Source: Pseudoalteromonas tetraodonis
Lineage (GTDB): Bacteria; Pseudomonadota; Gammaproteobacteria; Enterobacterales; Alteromonadaceae
Direction: 5' to 3'
NCBI RefSeq assembly: GCF_002310835.1
Contig: NZ_CP011041.1
Span: 1,620,001 to 1,652,000 of the forward strand
Length of the DNA: 32,000 nt
Below are positions 25,562 through 32,000 of the stretch, one piece after another; the first letter of the stretch is position 1, and each line of letters begins with the position of its first letter. A program made the translations under genes and the position numbers. The notes below the pieces were generated by a model. It did no database searches. It saw only the letters and a program-made list of their open reading frames with translations, and had not been told where the DNA came from.

Positions 25562-27844
25562 TTAAATTTTACACGCGCCGCCTGCACAATCATCATCTTC
25601 CACTTCTGGAGCGTCTTCTTGTGCGTCTGATGCGCCATCACGGGTGTTATGGTAGTACAGCGTTTTAACACCTAGCTTGTAGGCACCAAGTAAGTCTTTT
25701 AATAAGACTTTCATAGGTACTCTACCGCCTTCGTATTTATTTGGATCATAATTAGTATTTGCTGAAATCGTTTGGTCGATAAATTTCTGCATTATTCCTA
25801 CTAATTGTAAGTAACCATCGTTTGATGGGATATCCCACAGTAACTCATAGCTATCTTTAAGGCGTTCGTACTCAGGGACAACTTGTTTTAAAATACCGTC
25901 TTTACTTGCTTTAACACTAATATGGCCACGCGGTGGCTCAATGCCATTGGTTGCATTAGATATTTGCGATGATGTTTCTGATGGCATTAATGCGCTCAGT
26001 GTTGAGTTACGCATACCGTGCTCTTTAATGCTGGAACGTAACGCGTCCCAATCAAGATGAAGTGGTTCATCACAAATTTTATCTAAATCACGTTTGTACG
26101 TATCCGTTGGCATAATACCTTGTGAGTACGTTGTTTCGTTAAATTTAGGACAGGCACCACGCTCTTTTGCCAGCTCATTAGATGCTTTCATTAGGTAGTA
26201 CTGAATCGCTTCAAATGTTCTGTGCGTAAGCGCATTTGCGCTGCCATCTGAATAACGCTTACCGTTTTTAGCTAGGTAGTATGCGTAGTTAATAACGCCT
26301 ATGCCTAGCGTACGACGTCCCATAGTTGCATTTTTAGCTGCAGGTACTGGGTAGTCTTGGAAATCAAGTAGGTTATCAAGTGCGCGTACCGCAAGCTCAG
26401 CTAACTCTTCTAGTTCATCTAAAGACTCAATGGCACCTAAGTTAAACGCAGATAATGTACAAAGTGCAATTTCACCTTCTTCATCATTCACGTTGCTAAG
26501 AGGCTTAGTTGGTAACGCAATTTCTAAACATAAGTTAGATTGACGAATAGGCGCCACTTTTGAGATAAACGGACTGTGTGTATTACAGTGGTCAACGTTC
26601 TGTAAGTAAATACGACCCGTGCTAGCACGTTCTTGAGCAAACATAGAGAACAGCTCAATCGCTTTAATTCGTTTTTTACGAATTGACTCGTCTTGCTCAT
26701 ATTTTACATATAGCGCGTCAAACTCGTCTTGGTCTTCAAAAAATGCATCGTAAAGGCCAGGCACGTCAGAGGGGCTGAATAACGTAATGTAATCGTCTTT
26801 AATTAAACGTGAGTACATGAGTTTATTAAACTGTACGCCGTAATCTAAGTGACGTACGCGGTTATCATCAACGCCACGGTTGTTTTTAAGCACTAATAAG
26901 TTTTCAACTTCTAAATGCCAAAGCGGGTAGAAAAGGGTTGCTGCGCCACCACGTACACCGCCTTGCGAACAGCTTTTAACCGCTGTTTGAAAGTGCTTAT
27001 AAAACGGAATACAACCTGTGTGGTACGCTTCACCGTTACGAATAGGGCTACCTAGTGCACGAATACGACCTGCATTAATACCAATACCAGCACGTTGAGA
27101 AACGTATTTAACAATTGCTGATGATGTAGCATTAATTGAGTCTAGGCTATCGCCACACTCAATAAGTACACATGAGCTAAACTGGCGTGTTGGTGTACGT
27201 ACGCCCGACATAATTGGCGTAGGTAAAGAAATTTTAAATAATGAAACCGCATCATAAAAACGTTTGATGTAATCAATACGTGTATCACGAGGGTAATCAG
27301 AGAATAAGCTTGCAGCCACTAAGATATATAAAAACTGCGCGCTTTCGTAAATTTCACCCGTTACACGGTTTTGAACTAGGTATTTACCTTCAAGCTGTTT
27401 TACTGCTGCGTAGCTAAAGTTAAGATCGCGAGAATGGTCTAAGTACGCATCTAGCTCATCTAATTCTTGCTCTGTGTAATCAACGAGTAAATGTGCATCG
27501 TAGCGTTTTTGTTCAACCATGTTAGTAACATGGTCAAAAAGACGCGGTGGTTCAAACTGGCCATAGGCTTTTTTACGTAAATGGAATACAGCTAAACGAG
27601 CAGCAAGGTACTGATAATCAGGCGATTCTTTTGAGATCTGATCCGCAGCAGCTTTAATAATCGTTTCGTGGATGTCTTTAGTACGAATACCGTCATAAAA
27701 TTGAATATGCGATTTTAGTTCAACTTGTGAAACCGAAACGTTATTTAAACCTTCGGCGGCCCATTCAATAACGCGATGGATCTTATCAAGATCGAGTGGC
27801 TCTTTACGACCGTCACGTTTGCTTACAGATAACTGTTGGTTCAT
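25562..27844 (-). CDS. nrdA: class Ia ribonucleotide reductase alpha subunit
   Basis: 760 aa, colinear with and highly similar to E. coli NrdA. This includes the ATP-cone N-terminus (V.KRDG..E...LDKIHRV), the SNLCLEIALPT active-site region and the C-terminal CxxGACKI. Confidence 0.97.
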   Translation of the reverse strand: MNQQLSVSKRDGRKEPLDLDKIHRVIEWAAEGLNNVSVSQVELKSHIQFYDGIRTKDIHETIIKAAADQISKESPDYQYLAARLAVFHLRKKAYGQFEPPRLFDHVTNMVEQKRYDAHLLVDYTEQELDELDAYLDHSRDLNFSYAAVKQLEGKYLVQNRVTGEIYESAQFLYILVAASLFSDYPRDTRIDYIKRFYDAVSLFKISLPTPIMSGVRTPTRQFSSCVLIECGDSLDSINATSSAIVKYVSQRAGIGINAGRIRALGSPIRNGEAYHTGCIPFYKHFQTAVKSCSQGGVRGGAATLFYPLWHLEVENLLVLKNNRGVDDNRVRHLDYGVQFNKLMYSRLIKDDYITLFSPSDVPGLYDAFFEDQDEFDALYVKYEQDESIRKKRIKAIELFSMFAQERASTGRIYLQNVDHCNTHSPFISKVAPIRQSNLCLEIALPTKPLSNVNDEEGEIALCTLSAFNLGAIESLDELEELAELAVRALDNLLDFQDYPVPAAKNATMGRRTLGIGVINYAYYLAKNGKRYSDGSANALTHRTFEAIQYYLMKASNELAKERGACPKFNETTYSQGIMPTDTYKRDLDKICDEPLHLDWDALRSSIKEHGMRNSTLSALMPSETSSQISNATNGIEPPRGHISVKASKDGILKQVVPEYERLKDSYELLWDIPSNDGYLQLVGIMQKFIDQTISANTNYDPNKYEGGRVPMKVLLKDLLGAYKLGVKTLYYHNTRDGASDAQEDAPEVEDDDCAGGACKI

Positions 27845-27968
27845 AGCTTTGCCTGTATTCCTTGGGAATTAAATATTTTTGACCAATGCGTGCACCTAAA
27901 AAAGCGCAGTGCCTATTCGTTTATTGTTATTTTCACCGGTTTGGTGAATTTAATTGAATAACATTTAG

Positions 27969-28015
27969 CCACAATATCTGGTGTTGTTCAAATTAGAGAT
28001 CACAAGATAGTGTGG
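27969..28015 (-). promoter_or_regulatory. tandem NrdR boxes, proximal pair
   Basis: On the minus strand: CCACACTATCTTGTGA (28015-28000) and ACACCAGATATTGTGG (27984-27969). Both approximate the 16-bp palindrome acaCwAtATaTwGtgt, with centres 31 nt apart. They lie 125-171 nt upstream of the nrdA ATG. Confidence 0.65.
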
Positions 28016-28052
28016 TCTGGGATCTTTTGCAAGGGACAGAAACCGCTCTCAT

Positions 28053-28061
28053 TGTGGATAA
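28053..28061 (-). promoter_or_regulatory. consensus DnaA box TTATCCACA
   Basis: The plus strand reads TGTGGATAA, a perfect 9-mer on the nrdA strand. A degenerate copy, TTATCCCAA, lies at 28064-28072. E. coli nrdAB also has DnaA boxes upstream. Confidence 0.55.
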
Positions 28062-28221
28062 CGTTGGGATAACGCAATTGTGTTAGTAGGCATTAACCTT
28101 TGATCATTCGGTTAAGTTGAAATTTGTAAAAATCAACTAAGGAAAGATTAAATTTACGCTTTTTTAAAATAAATTTTGTCTGCTTTTTTTATCATCAAGC
28201 TTTGCGTAAAAACTAACACAA

Positions 28222-28268
28222 TCACAATATGTAGTGTTTATTAATTAACATGGCACTATATGTGGTTA
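28222..28268 (-). promoter_or_regulatory. tandem NrdR-like boxes, distal pair
   Basis: TCACAATATGTAGTGT (28222-28237) is the best consensus match in the window. GCACTATATGTGGTTA (28253-28268) is weaker. Their centres are again 31 nt apart. The second box overlaps the stop codon of the HAD gene. Confidence 0.45.
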
Positions 28269-28939
28269 AATGCATCTATAGGACTGTGCCAATTAAAATC
28301 CGCATTCCAAGCCAATGCCTCGTCAACACTCGGTACATATCCCCATAGTGCGGTTGCGGTGTGCATATTGGCTGCTTTACCTGCCTGAATGTCACGCTGC
28401 GCATCACCTATATATAAGCAACGCGAAGGATCTACACTCATTTGCTCAGCGCAATACAGTAAAGGAAGGGGTGAGGGCTTAGATTCAGCTAAGGTATCAC
28501 CGCTAACCACAATACGTGCATTTTTTAATGCAGGAATCGCTTTGACTAAAGGATCAGTTAAAAATCCGGGCTTATTAGTCATAATTCCCCAGGGTATTGC
28601 TTTGTTATCAAGTGCGATTAATAATTGCTCTATTCCTACAAAACATCGAGTATGGGTAGCAATATTGGCAGCATATTGCGTGACTAGCTCATGTAAAAGT
28701 TGCTCTTGCGGCTGTTGTGCCCAGCTTTCTTTAAAACCAGCAGCCAATAAAGCGGCAGCACCGTTTGAAGCCGCGGGGCGATATATATCACTGCCCACTT
28801 GGGGTTGTTGATGATTTTGCAGCACGGTGTTTAGTGCGGCGCCTAAATCATCAGCGGTATCGAGTAAAGTGCCATCTAAGTCAAACAGCAATGCTTGATA
28901 TTCCATTGGGGCAATGGGGGTTTGAGAGCTTGCCATCAC
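28256..28939 (-). CDS. HAD-IA family phosphatase (Gph/MupP-like)
   Basis: 227 aa. Motif [11 protein letters not shown], motif III TNKP and motif [18 protein letters not shown] at 28939 or ATG at 28936 overlaps the ubiG stop (TGA 28938-28936). Met12 is an alternative start. Confidence 0.82.
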   Translation of the reverse strand: MMASSQTPIAPMEYQALLFDLDGTLLDTADDLGAALNTVLQNHQQPQVGSDIYRPAASNGAAALLAAGFKESWAQQPQEQLLHELVTQYAANIATHTRCFVGIEQLLIALDNKAIPWGIMTNKPGFLTDPLVKAIPALKNARIVVSGDTLAESKPSPLPLLYCAEQMSVDPSRCLYIGDAQRDIQAGKAANMHTATALWGYVPSVDEALAWNADFNWHSPIDAFNHI

Positions 28940-29646
28940 GCTAACTTCTCAAAATGCAGCATATAATTTACGCTTACATCATCATTCATTGTGTATTGCT
29001 TAGAAAGCGGGTTGTAACTTAAACCAGCACTGGCACGTACTTTTAAGCCAGCTTGCTCTGCCCATGCAATTAATTGTGCAGGTTTAATAAATTTTTTATG
29101 GTCGTGCGTACCTTCGGGGACCATTTTTAACAGTTTTTCTGCCCCGACAATAGCGTATAAGTAAGCTTTTGGGGTTTTATTAAGAGTAGAGAAAAAAACA
29201 TCAGCCCCCGGTTTTGCCAATTTAGCCACCGCATGAATAATAGATGCAGGGTCGGGGACGTGCTCTAACATTTCCATACAAGTGATCACATCAAAGCGCT
29301 CAGGGTGCTCATCTGCAAACTGCTCTGCAGGTACTTTTATATACTCAACGGGGACACTTGTTTCTAAGCTGTGTAACTTGGCGATAGTTAAAGGCTCTTG
29401 GCCCATATCGATACCTGTTACGTTTGCGCCCATTCGCGCCATGCTGTGACTTAAAATGCCACCACCACATCCTACATCGAGGGTTTCTTTATCAAATAAT
29501 CCTTTGGTTTTGTCTGCGATGAAATCTAATCGTAATGGATTAATTTCGTGAAGCGGCTTAAATTCGCCTTCTAAATCCCACCAACGTTCTGCGATGGCTT
29601 CAAACTTTGCTATTTCTGCGTTATCTACATTTTGATGTTCGGTCAT
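28936..29646 (-). CDS. ubiG: bifunctional 3-demethylubiquinol / 2-polyprenyl-6-hydroxyphenol O-methyltransferase
   Basis: Homology starts at [36 protein letters not shown] motif [11 protein letters not shown]. The ATG at 29646 has a GAGGAAG RBS. The 32-codon ORF-track extension to 29742 is judged spurious. Confidence 0.9.
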   Translation of the reverse strand: MTEHQNVDNAEIAKFEAIAERWWDLEGEFKPLHEINPLRLDFIADKTKGLFDKETLDVGCGGGILSHSMARMGANVTGIDMGQEPLTIAKLHSLETSVPVEYIKVPAEQFADEHPERFDVITCMEMLEHVPDPASIIHAVAKLAKPGADVFFSTLNKTPKAYLYAIVGAEKLLKMVPEGTHDHKKFIKPAQLIAWAEQAGLKVRASAGLSYNPLSKQYTMNDDVSVNYMLHFEKLA

Positions 29647-29824
29647 AAAATACTTCCTCGTCAATCTGAGGCCATTATATAGGCCTAAATTGATAAATCG
29701 CAAAGTTTTGCGCCTGTAAATTAAAATTAATTGTGATAGCATGGTTACTTAGAAATAATAACAAACACTCTTAATACCTAATACTGGGTTGTTAAGAGCT
29801 GATACTGAAGGAATGTGATATCAA

Positions 29825-32000
29825 ATGACTGATCTCGCCAATGAAATTCTGCCAGTCAATATTGAAGACGAGTTAAAAAACTCCTACTTAGATTACGCCA
29901 TGAGTGTAATTGTAGGACGTGCATTACCAGACGTACGTGACGGTTTAAAACCTGTTCACCGCCGCGTTTTGTTTGCAATGAACGAGCTTAGTAATGACTG
30001 GAACAAGCCTTACAAAAAATCGGCCCGTGTGGTCGGTGACGTAATCGGTAAATACCACCCACACGGCGACAGTGCAGTTTATGACACCATCGTACGTATG
30101 GCTCAGCCATTCTCACTGCGTTACATGCTAGTAGATGGTCAGGGTAACTTTGGTTCGGTTGATGGTGATTCAGCAGCGGCAATGCGTTATACAGAAGTAC
30201 GTATGGCAAAAATGTCGCACGAATTATTAGCCGATCTTGAAAAAGAAACGGTTGATTTTGTGCCTAACTACGATGGCACAGAGCAAATTCCTGATGTGTT
30301 ACCCACTAAAATACCTAACCTGTTAGTTAATGGTTCATCGGGTATTGCGGTTGGTATGGCAACAAATATTCCGCCACATAACTTAACAGAAGTCGTGAAT
30401 GGCTGTTTAGCGCTTATTCAAAACCCTGAATTGACCATTACTGAGTTAATGGATTACATTCCTGGGCCTGATTTCCCAACTGCGGCGATTATTAACGGTA
30501 AAAAAGGCATTGAACAAGCTTATCAAACCGGTCGTGGTAAAGTGTACATGCGTGCGCGTGCTGACATCGAAACCGATGAAAAGACGGGTCGCGAAACCAT
30601 TATTGTTCATGAAATCCCTTACCAAGTTAACAAAGCACGTTTGATTGAAAAAATCGCCGAGCTAGTTAAAGATAAAAAAATTGAAGGGATCAGCGCATTA
30701 CGTGATGAATCAGATAAAGATGGTATGCGTATCGTTATCGAGATCAAACGTGGTGACGTAGGTGAAGTTATTTTAAACAACCTTTATTCACAAACTCAGT
30801 TACAAACTGTGTTTGGTATGAATATGGTTGCGTTAATTAATAACCAACCTAAGTGTTTCAACTTAAAAGAAATGCTTGAAGAATTTATTATTCACCGCCG
30901 TGAAGTTGTTACCCGTCGTACGGTATTTGATTTACGCAAAGCCCGCGACCGTGCGCATACGCTAGAAGGTTTAGCGATTGCACTGGCTAACATTGACCCA
31001 ATTATCGAACTTATTCGTAAGTCGCCAACACCTGCTGAAGCAAAAGTTGCATTAACAGCGCGTCCATGGGAATTAGGTAATGTTAAAGCCATGCTTGATA
31101 AAGCAGGCGAAGACAACGTAGCACGCCCAGATTGGTTAGCAAGCGAGCTTGGTATTCGTGATGGTCAGTACTATATTTCTGAGCAACAAGCTCAAGCAAT
31201 ATTAGACTTACGTTTACATAAACTTACTGGTCTTGAACACGAAAAAATTCTTACCGAATATCAATCATTACTTGAGTTGATTGCTGAGTTATTATTCATT
31301 TTGGCAAATCCAGAGCGTTTAATGGAAGTTATTCGTGATGAGCTCGTTGAAATTAAAGAGCAATATGGTGATGAGCGCCGCACTGAAATAAATGCTGCAG
31401 CACATGATATTAGCCTTGAAGATTTAATCAACGAAGAAAACGTAGTTGTTACGCTTTCACATGAAGGGTACGTTAAGTATCAAGCATTAACTGATTACGA
31501 AGCGCAGCGTCGTGGTGGTAAAGGTAAATCAGCAACTAAGATGAAAGATGAAGATTTCATTGAACGTTTATTGGTTGCCAATACGCACGATACTATTCTT
31601 TGTTTCTCTACAGCGGGTCGTTTATATTGGCTTAAAGTATACCAGTTGCCACTTGCCAGTCGTGCAGCGCGCGGTAAGCCAATTGTTAACTTATTACCAC
31701 TTGAAGCAGATGAACGTATTACTGCAATCCTGCCAGTACGCGATTATGAAGATGATAAATACATCTTTATGGCGACGGCGTTCGGTACGGTTAAGAAGAC
31801 GCCATTAACGGCATACAGTCGTCAACGTGCAAGCGGTATTATTGCGGTTAACTTAAACGAAGGTGATAGCTTAATCGGTGTTGATATTACCGATGGCAGC
31901 AACGAAATTATGTTGTTCACTGATGCGGGTAAAGTTGTTCGCTTTAAAGAAGCTGAAGAAACAGCTGTTGTTGATGAAAATGGTAACCCAGTACTAGACG
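29825..32000 (+). CDS. gyrA: DNA gyrase subunit A (5' part; continues beyond the window)
   Basis: Not in the ORF track because there is no stop in the window. I translated [49 protein letters not shown]...[24 protein letters not shown]...AAMRYTEVR from the ATG at 29825. It is colinear with E. coli GyrA. Confidence 0.97.
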   Translation, partial: MTDLANEILPVNIEDELKNSYLDYAMSVIVGRALPDVRDGLKPVHRRVLFAMNELSNDWNKPYKKSARVVGDVIGKYHPHGDSAVYDTIVRMAQPFSLRYMLVDGQGNFGSVDGDSAAAMRYTEVRMAKMSHELLADLEKETVDFVPNYDGTEQIPDVLPTKIPNLLVNGSSGIAVGMATNIPPHNLTEVVNGCLALIQNPELTITELMDYIPGPDFPTAAIINGKKGIEQAYQTGRGKVYMRARADIETDEKTGRETIIVHEIPYQVNKARLIEKIAELVKDKKIEGISALRDESDKDGMRIVIEIKRGDVGEVILNNLYSQTQLQTVFGMNMVALINNQPKCFNLKEMLEEFIIHRREVVTRRTVFDLRKARDRAHTLEGLAIALANIDPIIELIRKSPTPAEAKVALTARPWELGNVKAMLDKAGEDNVARPDWLASELGIRDGQYYISEQQAQAILDLRLHKLTGLEHEKILTEYQSLLELIAELLFILANPERLMEVIRDELVEIKEQYGDERRTEINAAAHDISLEDLINEENVVVTLSHEGYVKYQALTDYEAQRRGGKGKSATKMKDEDFIERLLVANTHDTILCFSTAGRLYWLKVYQLPLASRAARGKPIVNLLPLEADERITAILPVRDYEDDKYIFMATAFGTVKKTPLTAYSRQRASGIIAVNLNEGDSLIGVDITDGSNEIMLFTDAGKVVRFKEAEETAVVDENGNPVLD

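Noticed and set aside
29670-29712. Small inverted repeats in the ubiG-gyrA intergenic region (AGGCC-N8-GGCCT, and CGCAAA-GT-TTTGCG).
   Set aside because: These are 5-6 bp arms only, within the chance expectation for 178 nt. They match no known motif that I can name.
30071-30085. gyrA quinolone-resistance-determining region.
   Set aside because: Codon 83 is AGT (Ser) and codon 87 is GAC (Asp), the wild-type susceptible state, so this is not noteworthy. The divergence from E. coli in the last approximately 15 codons of the window cannot be evaluated because the gene is truncated.
1-32000. Looked for CRISPR arrays, IS elements/transposases, integrases, prophage genes, restriction-modification, toxin-antitoxin pairs and known defence-system domains.
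   Set aside because: I saw no regularly spaced direct repeats. None of the ORF translations has transposase, integrase, nuclease-helicase, methyltransferase (other than UbiG) or TA-like signatures. The window is overwhelmingly housekeeping.

Overview
AT-rich (roughly 40% GC by eye) core-chromosome segment of a marine gammaproteobacterium. The proteins are colinear with enterobacterial orthologues. The gene set looks Alteromonadales/Pseudoalteromonas-like, but the taxon cannot be verified without a search. I support about 29 CDS, one tRNA-Ser(UGA), about a dozen rho-independent terminators and several operator-like sites. Gene order: rpmI-rplT | M14 carboxypeptidase-ycbL | Lrp/AsnC regulator | SulP-STAS transporter | LytS/AlgZ-type kinase + LytTR regulator | pykA(-) <> gnd(+) | ansA(-) sppA(-) <> fadH(+) | ydjA | small membrane protein | tRNA-Ser | small membrane protein | fklB | Zur-boxed His-rich TonB-dependent receptor(-) | YkgJ-type Cys-cluster protein(-) | acidic TPR-like protein | HExxH (DUF4157-like) protein + secreted DUF1287 protein | yfaE-nrdB-nrdA(-) with NrdR/DnaA boxes | HAD phosphatase-ubiG(-) <> gyrA(+, runs off the window). 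I saw no CRISPR array, IS/transposase, integrase, phage genes, or recognisable defence or toxin-antitoxin genes. Honest assessment: this is mostly ordinary housekeeping DNA. The only stretch that looks accessory and functionally unexplained is 21.7-24.0 kb, four small uncharacterised genes next to a Zur-controlled receptor. I rank it as the best candidate for undescribed biology, but I cannot show that it is a system. Most other findings concern regulatory architecture: operator-like palindromes, a duplicated NrdR box pair, an unusual terminator/start-codon juxtaposition, and phased T-tracts.
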